A stretch of 38,206 nucleotides of DNA from Candidatus Moanibacter sp. (GTDB lineage: Bacteria; Verrucomicrobiota; Verrucomicrobiia; Opitutales; UBA2987), in the NCBI GenBank assembly GCA_965215885.1, contig CBDCEW010000018.1:1-38206 (forward strand), given 5' to 3'. Below, piece after piece: positions 27,855 to 36,602 of the stretch (within the stretch, counting starts at the first letter, position 1; every line of letters starts with the position of its first letter). The notes beneath the pieces were generated by a model, which saw nothing but the letters and a program-made list of their open reading frames with translations, was not told where the DNA came from and ran no database searches. Made by a program: the position numbers and the translations under genes.

Positions 27855-29260
27855 AAGAGGAAAAAAAGAGTCGTCTGCGCATAGGTTACCTACCCTTCTA
27901 CGTCGATTACTACGAAAGCATTTGTCCGGAATTTCCCAGTGAAAAGCAGGAAATTGCCCGGCGTTGCGCTGAGACACTTGCAGAACACGGCAGAGTCATC
28001 TGGAACGGGAGACTTATTGGCGATGTCGAAACCGCCACGGAAACGGGTAGAGCATTAGCGGATGAGAATCCGGACTGTGTCGTAATATTTACGTCTATCG
28101 CTGTCTTCGGAGGAATCCCCTGGGCCGCGGTCAAGCAACTGCGGGCGCCCATTCTCATTTGGAATGCGCAGGCGATCGATCGCGTCGGTGATGGTTATAA
28201 CATGGTCGAAATCGTCCGAAACACGAGCCAGATCGGCAGTCAGGCCCTTGCCAATACGCTCTTGAGAGAAGGCCGTGCTTTTAAGGTGATCACAGGGTAT
28301 GAAAAGAGCGATGCGACGGTCCGCGCACTCGGGAGATATATAGGTGTCATCCGTGCTGTTAAGGCGATATGCAGCGCCAAACTGCTTGCTGTTGGAGAGA
28401 CATTTCCCCTTATGACCGACATTGCCGTCGATGAGAGTGACCTCGCCCGGCGGATTGGTGCAACGGTTCAACGAGTGAGCAACGAAGAGCTGACTAAACG
28501 TTATTTGTTCATGCCGGAACTGGAGGTCGAAGAGGGGTACAGACGGATGCAGACTGACTTCGCAATGGAGGAGCTGTCAGAAGATGAGGCGCGCCGATCC
28601 GTGCGTCTTTCTCTGGCGTTGAATTCGTTTGTTGAACAGTATGAGGCTGATGCCGGTTCTCTGAACTGTCACGGTGGTGTCTGCCTTCGAAATCCGGCAA
28701 TTGGTGTCACCGGCTGTTACAGCCTCGGCATGCAGAATAGTCTGGGTCGACCCTTCACTTGCACCGGGGATCTCCCCACCGCCATCGCCATGGTGCTCCT
28801 GAAGAGCCTGACGGGTATTGCCATGTATACAGAAGTGCAAGTGATGGACGAAGATCGCGAAGCTGTCGTGATTGCGAATTCCGGCGAGGGTGAGGATGGC
28901 ATACGGCGAGAGGGGTGTCCGGCCACCGTGAGGGGAAATACCAACTTCACCGGGTCACACGGTCGCGGCGCTTCATTCGCTTATCCGCTTCGAGCGGGTC
29001 CTGCCACTCTTGTGAGCTTCACCCCTACGCGAGACTCGTATCGGCTCGTGGCCGCGGAAGGAGAGATACTCGAAGAGACTTTGCCGGATGCCGGAGCGCT
29101 GGCTGGCTTTTTCAAATTTGCTCATACTGATCTCGTATCAGGATACACGAAGTGGCTTGAAGCCGGGGTGGTTCACCATGCCGCAACCTCGCCGGGACAT
29201 TGGAACAGGGAGATCCGGCAGATTGCCCAGTTAATCGATAAGGAGTTTGTCGGCATCTAA
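27851..29260 (+). CDS. L-fucose/L-arabinose isomerase-like protein
   Basis: 469 aa; PILIWN, AGSLNCH, TCTGDLPTAIAM, GPATLVS, LVAAEGEI, GVVHHAA pattern. Confidence 0.65.
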   Translation: MKEEKKSRLRIGYLPFYVDYYESICPEFPSEKQEIARRCAETLAEHGRVIWNGRLIGDVETATETGRALADENPDCVVIFTSIAVFGGIPWAAVKQLRAPILIWNAQAIDRVGDGYNMVEIVRNTSQIGSQALANTLLREGRAFKVITGYEKSDATVRALGRYIGVIRAVKAICSAKLLAVGETFPLMTDIAVDESDLARRIGATVQRVSNEELTKRYLFMPELEVEEGYRRMQTDFAMEELSEDEARRSVRLSLALNSFVEQYEADAGSLNCHGGVCLRNPAIGVTGCYSLGMQNSLGRPFTCTGDLPTAIAMVLLKSLTGIAMYTEVQVMDEDREAVVIANSGEGEDGIRREGCPATVRGNTNFTGSHGRGASFAYPLRAGPATLVSFTPTRDSYRLVAAEGEILEETLPDAGALAGFFKFAHTDLVSGYTKWLEAGVVHHAATSPGHWNREIRQIAQLIDKEFVGI

Positions 29261-29345
29261 TCAAGAAATTTACCTGCGGGTCCCCTGCCAGGGATTAGCC
29301 AGTCCGATGGCCGGGCCAGTCTGAATCGGAGCAATTCGTTGGACA

Positions 29346-29549
29346 ATGCGGATTAAGAATGTAGCGGGAATTCCCCATGGGCTATGTGTCGAAATCTTTC
29401 CGAATTATAAGAGAGATCCAATGTGGGTTGAGCTTCCGGTCGAGCGGCCGGTGATCAGTGAAGGGAATATGTTGCTGCCTGAGCGAGCCGGATTCGGCAT
29501 CGATCTGAAGTCCGACACTATCGAACGCTGGGCGCAGCGTGTCGAGTAA
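29346..29549 (+). pseudogene. C-terminal fragment of mandelate racemase/muconate lactonizing enzyme family
   Basis: IPHGLCVE...RDP...ISEGNMLLPERAGFGIDLKSDTIERW matches the family C-terminus. Confidence 0.7.
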
Positions 29550-29653
29550 GTCACGTAACTGTTGCCGATCCGCCTCGCAAATGCCCCCAAAGCGCTCACA
29601 ACAGAGGGCGTTTACTCTTTTCGAACAACCTCTATATAGAAGGAGATACAATC

Positions 29654-29707
29654 GTGAAAATATATACTGAAGAAGATGCATCACTGGAGACGTTGGTCGG
29701 CAAAACG
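29654..29707 (+). pseudogene. N-terminal fragment resembling ketol-acid reductoisomerase (IlvC-like)
   Basis: AGGAG RBS, MKIYTEEDASLETLVGKT; similarity stops before the GxGxxG motif. Confidence 0.55.
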
Positions 29708-29866
29708 AACAGCATCGAATTTTCGTTTGCGCAGCCGAATGTCAGAACTCGCTTACTTCAGGATTACGAACGGGAGCTCAAGGAATTTGAGAATCGCTTT
29801 CTGGGAAATTGGCGCGGAGAGCTCGCCCGTGCGAATCCGGAGTTCACGGAGTATGGGAAGAAGCAT

Positions 29867-30048
29867 CTAGCCCGGACATTTCACACACTTCGCAGCGAGA
29901 CAGCGTAGATCGCTGCGTATCAGAGCCTTTCCGCAGGTCGGCGGGCGACAGTGTGTTGGAACCCTCTGAGGTCGCCGAGCAAGGGAAGGGGTTGAGACGC
30001 AGTGATATCCGCGGTCGTAGCAGAAGGTTTTTGAAATGTTCGGGCTAG
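29867..30048 (-). mobile_element. MITE-like element, copy 2 (182 bp), CTAG-bounded
   Basis: CTAGCCCGGACATTTCACACAC ... TGAAATGTTCGGGCTAG; reverse complement aligns to 14691-14877. Confidence 0.85.
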
Positions 30049-30147
30049 ACTTGGGTATTCGGGGTTGAAACCGAGCGGATTGATTTTCAAACGAGATGAA
30101 AAAGATTGATCTTCCCTTTTCAACAATTTCGCTCTCAAATACTTACC

Positions 30148-30453
30148 ATGCGCATGTTGCTTGAATTGAGATTTCCGCACGAGCCGTTTAACACTAAGGT
30201 TCAGAATGGAACCGCCGGTCCGTTAATGAAAAGAATCCTGGACGAGACTAAACCGGAGGCGGTGTATTGGACGGAGCGGGAAGGTCATCGCGCGGGGATC
30301 CTGATCGTGAACATCGACGAGTCCTCAGAGGTTCCTGCTCTGGCCGAGCCATGGTTTCTGAATTTCAATGCGGACTGTCAGCTTCGCGTAGTCATGAGCC
30401 CCGAGGATCTTGAGCGAGCCGGTCTTGACGAACTTGGTAAGAAATGGGCGTGA
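30148..30453 (+). CDS. Small conserved hypothetical protein (DUF3303/GYD-like)
   Basis: 101 aa; KPEAVYWTEREGHR, PALAEPWFLNFNA, VMSPEDL. Confidence 0.65.
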   Translation: MRMLLELRFPHEPFNTKVQNGTAGPLMKRILDETKPEAVYWTEREGHRAGILIVNIDESSEVPALAEPWFLNFNADCQLRVVMSPEDLERAGLDELGKKWA

Positions 30454-30560
30454 ATCACACGATTTCCTATTCTTGAAACTTTTCTGCCGTACGGCAGAGT
30501 TTGATCAGAAAGGGAGCGCGCCGGGGGCTCGACTAATCTGAAGAATTCTCTACCCTTAGG

Positions 30561-30589
30561 TTGACGTTATGCCTGTCCGGGTTTATTGT
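30561..30589 (+). promoter_or_regulatory. Putative sigma70 promoter
   Basis: TTGACG-N17-TATTGT ending 8 bp before the ATG at 30598. Confidence 0.55.
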
Positions 30590-30597
30590 TAGTTATT

Positions 30598-30816
30598 ATG
30601 CCAAGGACTAGAAAAAGCAAAGCGATGAGATTCATAAGCCGGATTGATTCCGGCACCACGCACGGTTACTTCGTGAGGACCTATAAGAATGCCAGTGTGG
30701 TTGATTCAAAACTGTTCTCGGACCTGAAGATGGGCAGCAAGAGAAAGGCCCTTAAAGCGGCGCAAGAGCACAGAGAGAAGGTGAGAAGAAAGTATCGGCT
30801 AAAGCCGGTAGCATAA
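30598..30816 (+). CDS. Small basic AP2-domain-like DNA-binding protein
   Basis: ISRID...HGYFVR...SKLFSDLKMGSKRKALKAAQEHR resembles the bacterial AP2 pattern. Confidence 0.6.
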   Translation: MPRTRKSKAMRFISRIDSGTTHGYFVRTYKNASVVDSKLFSDLKMGSKRKALKAAQEHREKVRRKYRLKPVA

Positions 30817-30947
30817 TCTTTCCCACCTTGCCCATCAGTCCGTTACGGTTTTCCAGGCAGTGAACAACTGCTGCGATTCCATGTACGGCTCTTGAGTTCA
30901 TTTTCAGCAGTTGCAGCCACTTTGGTGCAATCGAGATCACGCAGACA

Positions 30948-33710
30948 ATGTGCTTCGTTCTTTCTCTCGCAGCCTTGGTGATGGCGGTATCTCTGTCTGG
31001 CGTCGAGGCCCGAGTTTCTGACGGCGACCTCCCCAGCGGCGTGACTTTTGTGACGGCCGTCGAGGGAATCGAAGAATACCGTTTGCACAACGGATTGCGC
31101 GTGCTCCTGTTCCCGGACAGGGCGAAACGGACCACGACGGTCAACGTGACCTACATGGTTGGATCGTTGCACGAGGGATACGGCGAAACCGGCATGGCGC
31201 ACCTTCTAGAGCACCTCGCCTTCAAAGGCACACCTGACCATCCTGACATCCCGCAGGAACTGTCTTCCCACGGCGCCCGTTCGAATGGCTCCACCTGGTT
31301 CGACCGGACGAACTACTTCGAGACGTTTTCCGCTTCCGACGAAAACCTCGACTGGGCTCTCGACATGGAAGCGGACAGGATGGTGAACAGCTTTATCTCC
31401 GCCGAAGACCTCGAGTCGGAGATGACGGTCGTCCGCAACGAGTTCGAGTTCGGTGAGAACAACCCCCGTCGAGTTCTAAATGAGCGCGTCTATTCCACGG
31501 CTTTTCTCTGGCACAACTACGGCAACACCACGATCGGCGCGCGTTCGGACATCGAGGGCGTACCCATTGAGAACCTGATGGCCTTCTACAAGAGGTGGTA
31601 TAGACCGGACAACGCCGTCCTGGTCGTGGCAGGAAAGCTGGAACAGAAGCGAACCATCGATCTCGTGCAGCGGAGGTTCGGCCGCCTCGAGAATCCCGAT
31701 ACGCCTTTGCCCAGGCCGTACACTGTCGAGCCGGCCCAGGACGGCGAACGGACCGTGACTCTCAGGCGGGTCGGCGACATGAAGGTCGCCTGCGTCGGGT
31801 ACCACATCCCATCGGGTACCCATCCCGACTACCCGGTCCTCCAAGTTATGGCGTTCCTTCTCGGTGACGCGCCTGCCGGTCGCCTCCACAAGGCGCTGGT
31901 CGAGACCCGGAAGGCTACGAGCGTTTGGGCGAGGGCTGACCGCTTCAAGGAACCCGCCCTCATGTTCGTCAACGCCGAGCTTCGTGTCGACGGAAACGTC
32001 GAGGGCTTGCGGGATGAGATGCTCCAGATCATCGAGGACTTCGCCGTCAATCCTCCCAACGAGGAGGAGGTCGCGCGCGCCAAGCGGAACCTTCTCAGAA
32101 ACTGGGAGGTCACGATGCGCGACTCTCGGCGGGCGGCCATCCGTCTCAGCGAGTGGGCAGCCATGGGAGACTGGAGGCTCGTCTTCCTCCACAGGGACTG
32201 GCTTGAGCAGGTCACCGCCCAAGACGTGGCACAGGTGGCGGGCGAGTACTTCCACCAGAGCAACCGCACTGTGGGCATGTTCATTCCCACCGAGGGTCCC
32301 GATCGGGTGCGCGTCCCCGAGCCTCCGGACCTCGCCGAGCTGCTCGACGGCTACGCAGGACGCTATGCCATGGCCCAGGGAGAGGATTTCGACGTCTCTC
32401 CCCAGAACATCGAGGACAGGCTTCAGCGAATGACGCTCGCCAATGGGATGAAAGTGATCACCCTTCCCAAGAAGACGCGTGGGGAGACGGTGGCCCTCAG
32501 CCTCTCCCTCAACTTTGGGGGCGCCGTGAGTCTCAGAGGCTTGAAAACCGTCGGTAGCCTCACGGGCGACATGCTCATGAGGGGGACTACTAGCCGGACG
32601 CGCCAGGAGGTCGAGGACGAGATCGCTAGCCTCCAGATTTCGCTGGCCGCCTGGGGCAGGGCCTCGGGCGCTGGCGGCCGCATCGAGGCGACCAGGCAGA
32701 CGCTCCCGGATGCACTGAGGCTCTTAGCGGACGTCCTCAAGAACCCCTCCTTCCCCGAGAACGAGTTCGACCAGGTCATGGAGTCCTCTCTCAAGGAAGC
32801 AGAGGAGGACAGGAGCGATCCGAGGGCGCTGGCGGACATGACGCTTCGCAAGCACATGACTCCTTTTCCGAAGGAAGACCCGCGTTTTATCATGAGCCCC
32901 GATGAGACCGTCGAGGCGCTCGAGGTGTGCGGTCGCGAGCAGCTGCCGTCATTCCACGAAAAGTTCTATGGAGCCTCCTCGGGTGAGCTGGCAGTCGTCG
33001 GGGACTTCGACGCAGAGGATGTCCGGAATCTTCTGGTGGAGCTCTTCGGCGACTGGAATTGCGCCACACCCTACGAGCGCATGACCTCGGAATACGAAAA
33101 GCGTCCCGTCTTCAATGGGACGGTGGAGACTCCGGACAAGGAGAGCGCCGTCTTCTCCTCGGCAATTCGAGTCAATGTGACAGACGAACATGAGGACTAC
33201 CCGGCTTTGGTCATGGGGAACTTCATGATCGGAGGCGGCTTCCTGAACTCGCGCCTGGCGAAGCGAATCCGTCAGGAAGAAGGTCTGAGCTACGGGGTCC
33301 GGTCCCGTTTCTGGGCCGACGCGGTAGACCAGAACGCGTGGTTCGGCGGCTTCGCCATCTACGCTCCGCATAACGACGCGGCACTCCTCAAGGCGTTCAT
33401 CGAGGAGATGGAAAAGGTCATCGTGGACGGATTCACCGAGGCGGCGCTTTCGGAGGCTAAGTCCGGGTGGCTTCAACGCCGCGAGGTCTCTCGCGCGCAA
33501 GACCGGGAGCTCGCCGTCACCCTCACGCGCCGTTCCCACGACAACCGTTCGATGTTGTGGGACGCTGGTCTCGACGAGAAGGTGATTAACCTCACCCCCG
33601 ATCAGATTCTCGATTCGGTTCGCCGTCACCTCGATCCCAAGAAAATGTCCATCATTCGGGCGGGCGACTTCGAGGGAGCCAGGGAGAAGGACTCGGTTCA
33701 GACGCCCTAG
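30948..33710 (+). CDS. M16 (pitrilysin/PqqL-like) zinc protease, exported
   Basis: Signal peptide; GMAHLLEHLAFKGT (HxxEH), EADRM, VVRNE; duplicated halves; SRLAKRIRQEEGLSY. Confidence 0.95.
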   Translation: MCFVLSLAALVMAVSLSGVEARVSDGDLPSGVTFVTAVEGIEEYRLHNGLRVLLFPDRAKRTTTVNVTYMVGSLHEGYGETGMAHLLEHLAFKGTPDHPDIPQELSSHGARSNGSTWFDRTNYFETFSASDENLDWALDMEADRMVNSFISAEDLESEMTVVRNEFEFGENNPRRVLNERVYSTAFLWHNYGNTTIGARSDIEGVPIENLMAFYKRWYRPDNAVLVVAGKLEQKRTIDLVQRRFGRLENPDTPLPRPYTVEPAQDGERTVTLRRVGDMKVACVGYHIPSGTHPDYPVLQVMAFLLGDAPAGRLHKALVETRKATSVWARADRFKEPALMFVNAELRVDGNVEGLRDEMLQIIEDFAVNPPNEEEVARAKRNLLRNWEVTMRDSRRAAIRLSEWAAMGDWRLVFLHRDWLEQVTAQDVAQVAGEYFHQSNRTVGMFIPTEGPDRVRVPEPPDLAELLDGYAGRYAMAQGEDFDVSPQNIEDRLQRMTLANGMKVITLPKKTRGETVALSLSLNFGGAVSLRGLKTVGSLTGDMLMRGTTSRTRQEVEDEIASLQISLAAWGRASGAGGRIEATRQTLPDALRLLADVLKNPSFPENEFDQVMESSLKEAEEDRSDPRALADMTLRKHMTPFPKEDPRFIMSPDETVEALEVCGREQLPSFHEKFYGASSGELAVVGDFDAEDVRNLLVELFGDWNCATPYERMTSEYEKRPVFNGTVETPDKESAVFSSAIRVNVTDEHEDYPALVMGNFMIGGGFLNSRLAKRIRQEEGLSYGVRSRFWADAVDQNAWFGGFAIYAPHNDAALLKAFIEEMEKVIVDGFTEAALSEAKSGWLQRREVSRAQDRELAVTLTRRSHDNRSMLWDAGLDEKVINLTPDQILDSVRRHLDPKKMSIIRAGDFEGAREKDSVQTP

Positions 33711-33837
33711 GAGCCGGCTGGACTTTGCCGAAAGGCTTTTTTGTCCGCTTATTATTTTCGGATAATAGGGAATGCGTTCTTGCGACCTACAAGAAAGCTC
33801 TGCCAAGAAACAGGTAGACACCCGAAAGAGTAAAGAT

Positions 33838-33913
33838 CCTCGGGGCAAGCCCCGAGGCATTTGATATTAGACTTTATGAATTAGAAACGAAGCAAGCTTC
33901 GGGGAATTAAACC
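33838..33913. repeat. Paired GCAAGC-centred hairpins (IS200/IS605-end-like or REP-like remnant)
   Basis: CCTCGGGGC-AA-GCCCCGAGG (33838-33857) and CGAAGC-AA-GCTTCG (33888-33901). Confidence 0.55.
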
Positions 33914-33942
33914 CGAAGCGATTAAACCATTTTTATACCTAA

Positions 33943-34213
33943 ATGGAATTCGAATATGACTTGGAAAAGTCTGAATCGAATCGCGAATAACACTGCATAG
34001 ACTTTGTCTAAGCCCAACATTTATGGGACGATCCGTTTCTTCAAGCATATTATCGTCCCGGCGCGGTCAAGCACCGAGGATCGATACGCGCTCATCGGTG
34101 CCTACGGCGGCGGCGAATGGACATGTATTTTCACGATGCGAGGTTCGAACGTGAGAATCATTTCGGTAGGGAGGGCGAGAGATGAAGAAAAAGAGGAATA
34201 CTATCACCGCTGA
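33943..34213 (+). pseudogene. BrnT-family toxin, inactivated
   Basis: MEFEYDLEKSESNRE*HCIDFV*AQHLWDDP, then a frameshift to EDRYALIG...IFTMRGSNVRIISVGRAR. Confidence 0.85.
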
Positions 34214-34448
34214 GGAATTTGACAAACGATTTGATCGCGGCGAGGACATCAGCGAATATTTGGATTGGAGCAGAGCGAGACGGCCAAAGCTGGAGCAAAG
34301 GCGAGTTAACGTGGGTCTTCCAACTTGGATGATCGACACGCTTGACCTGGAAGCGAAGCGAGTCGGCGTTACCCGACAGTCTATCATGAAAATGTGGCTG
34401 TCCGACCGGATAAAGGCAGAACAAAACGTGCCAGAGAATGTCGGCTAG
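34182..34448 (+). CDS. BrnA/CopG-family antitoxin
   Basis: AEEFDKRFDRGEDISEYLD...RVNV...LDLEAKRVGVTRQSIMKMWL; overlaps the toxin 3' end. Confidence 0.85.
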   Translation: MKKKRNTITAEEFDKRFDRGEDISEYLDWSRARRPKLEQRRVNVGLPTWMIDTLDLEAKRVGVTRQSIMKMWLSDRIKAEQNVPENVG

Positions 34449-34528
34449 CACCTCCATCTCTGCAAAAAAAGTTATGTGTTTCAAATAATGACGGTTTTCG
34501 ACCCAAAGCAGTCATTGAATTCTAGCAA

Positions 34529-36438
34529 GACCCCATTCGAAAAGCCTTTCGAGCGGGCGGTTTAAGGTTCTCCGCCACGGGCGGACCAGCCTATGGCTGG
34601 CAGGTTTCGGGTTTTAGGCTGCCGGCGCTGCCGATGAGCAGGTATTGAGCGGCCATCGGCGTGGCTTGCTGCACAATACGTATATTTGCCGCTGTCTGGA
34701 GGCATACTCATCCCGTGGTGCTTTTTTCTCTGAGCTTCAAAGCGGTCAGATTCAGGCTGCCTGTTCCAGTTCCTCCCCTCGGCGTTTCTTCATCAGTATG
34801 ATGCGGCAGAAGTTGTAGGCCAGAACCTTCTCGAGCAGTTCATCGCCTACCGCATCGATGCCGCGGCGGCCGAGTTCGCCAAAGGCAAATCCATCTTTAA
34901 TCGTGAACATCAGCGACTCCACTGCGGAGCGATCGCGGCGTGCCTCGCGATACGCCTCGCTCTCCCAGTCCTCGGGGGTGGTCAACTTCTTGCCCTTCGC
35001 CCCACTGATACTGATCTGCTTTACCCCCATGCTCAGCACCTCCTTGCGTCCCTTCGCCGAAGCATATCCGTCATCGGTGCTGACCAGTTCAGCAATGACA
35101 CCGGTGCGCTTGATCGAATCGCCGATGGCCGGCGCCAGCTCAATGGAGTCTGCCGCGTTGCCTTGCGGTACGATCAGGCTGGTGACAAAACCGTTTTCGC
35201 TGCGAACCAGTTGTGGCTTGTACCCGATCACTGGATTGCGGCTGCCCTTCTTGATGTAGGCCGCCGATCCGTCCGAGAGGCTCAGGACCTTCTGTGTGGA
35301 CGGTAGCTTCTTTTCGTGAAACACCCGATCATGAGCATACTCAACAACCCGCTTGGCGTCGGCAATATCGCCCCTGATCTGGCTCAATGCCCGCTCCAGA
35401 AGCTCCCGGCGAGTGGGAGGCAGTGAATCCATCGACAGGCCCTCTTCAAGATGGCTCAGTTCCCCCGTTAGTGAGTCGGCCGCCTTGCGGCCCCGCTTGA
35501 GCAACCGCCGGTAGTGTTTCTTCAGCTTGCCCTTCGACTTCGGTTTGCCCGCGGCCAGACAAATCTGAAACTCCAGCTTGTCCATTTCCTCCAGCCAACG
35601 CCCAACCCATCCCTTGCGAAAATCCTCCAGCCCGAAGACATGCAACTTCTGACCCAAACGATTGGCCCGCATCAAAAGACCGCTCAGAATCTTCCCATCG
35701 GTGGGCCAGCAGCTGTTTGCTTTCACCGAGGTGCTGTCGATCGTCAGCTTCCCGAAATCGTCCCATTGCTCCTGGAGGATAAACCCAATCTGTTTATCAA
35801 AGATCAACTCGCGGGTCGTATGGCTGACCAGGTTCACGTTCTCCAGAATCGTCGTCACCGCCGGCATTCTCAGTCCCCCGCTCTGCAAAAATCCGTACAA
35901 GCTCATCGACTCGCGCACAAACCACCGTGCCGGTTTCGTGGTCAACGAACCCAGAAACCCTCGAAGCATCACGAACACGTATACCGCATAAGCCGGCATC
36001 CGCGGCCGGCCTGCCCCAAGATTCAATTCAGCAGCCAGAATATTCTCCTCCTCGATGTCCAGCTCCGGCAGCTCCGCTGTGCGCCCTTCAAAGAACCTTC
36101 GATCTTCCAATCGAAGTTTCTTCTTCTCACGCGCATGGGCGTCCAGATCCTTCTCGATCGCCTCGATGATTTGCGGCGCGAACCCGGCCAATTCTTCAAC
36201 TTCATCCAGAAAATCACGGAAATCCGTGTCTGGAACCGGCAGAATGAGGTTGCTAAGGGGCGTCTTGTCGCTTTTGTTCTCCTCTGTCGCACATGTTGGC
36301 ATGTTTAACTCATTTCTTAATCTTAGGTTGTTAAACACTAGCATGTTGCGACACTTTTTATCAAGCCAAAAAATGATTTTTCTCAAGTTTTTCGTGCGCC
36401 TTTTTCTTTGCGGCCAAAGTAGCTTTTCGGATAAGGTC
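34529..36438 (-). mobile_element. Insertion sequence, copy 2 (1910 bp), no TSD
   Basis: Same terminal IRs as copy 1; flanks TAGCAA / TCTGAG do not match each other. Confidence 0.95.
34752..36302 (-). CDS. DDE transposase (copy 2)
   Basis: About 20 aa substitutions relative to copy 1; frame intact. The ORF-track start at 36464 lies outside the IS. Confidence 0.9.
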   Translation of the reverse strand: MPTCATEENKSDKTPLSNLILPVPDTDFRDFLDEVEELAGFAPQIIEAIEKDLDAHAREKKKLRLEDRRFFEGRTAELPELDIEEENILAAELNLGAGRPRMPAYAVYVFVMLRGFLGSLTTKPARWFVRESMSLYGFLQSGGLRMPAVTTILENVNLVSHTTRELIFDKQIGFILQEQWDDFGKLTIDSTSVKANSCWPTDGKILSGLLMRANRLGQKLHVFGLEDFRKGWVGRWLEEMDKLEFQICLAAGKPKSKGKLKKHYRRLLKRGRKAADSLTGELSHLEEGLSMDSLPPTRRELLERALSQIRGDIADAKRVVEYAHDRVFHEKKLPSTQKVLSLSDGSAAYIKKGSRNPVIGYKPQLVRSENGFVTSLIVPQGNAADSIELAPAIGDSIKRTGVIAELVSTDDGYASAKGRKEVLSMGVKQISISGAKGKKLTTPEDWESEAYREARRDRSAVESLMFTIKDGFAFGELGRRGIDAVGDELLEKVLAYNFCRIILMKKRRGEELEQAA

Positions 36439-36440
36439 TC

Positions 36441-36601
36441 TGAGGGGTACCACGCAATTGTCATTGAACGACAACTCAGAACTGAATGCGCTAGTGCGCG
36501 ATGATGAGTATATTGGTGAGCTACATGAGGCCGTTTCTGCTCGTAACCCTTGATGAGTGCTTAGAAGACCGTGACTGGCAAGACATCGAATTTCTCAAAC
36601 T
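36441..36601 (+). repeat. 161-bp duplicate of an internal FkbM segment (36937..37093)
   Basis: Identical except for one short patch (CTACATGAGGCCGTTTCTGCTC vs ACTGAGACCGTTTCTCTC). Confidence 0.95.
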
Positions 36602-36602
36602 C

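Noticed and set aside
3685..36438. Composite transposon bounded by the two IS copies
   Set aside because: Copy 1 has its own TSD, the outer flanks (TAGATT vs TCTGAG) do not match, and the copies have diverged.
36501..36602. N-terminal repeat domain of FkbM
   Set aside because: It is the translation of the duplicated 161-bp segment; the likely start is the ATG at 36603.
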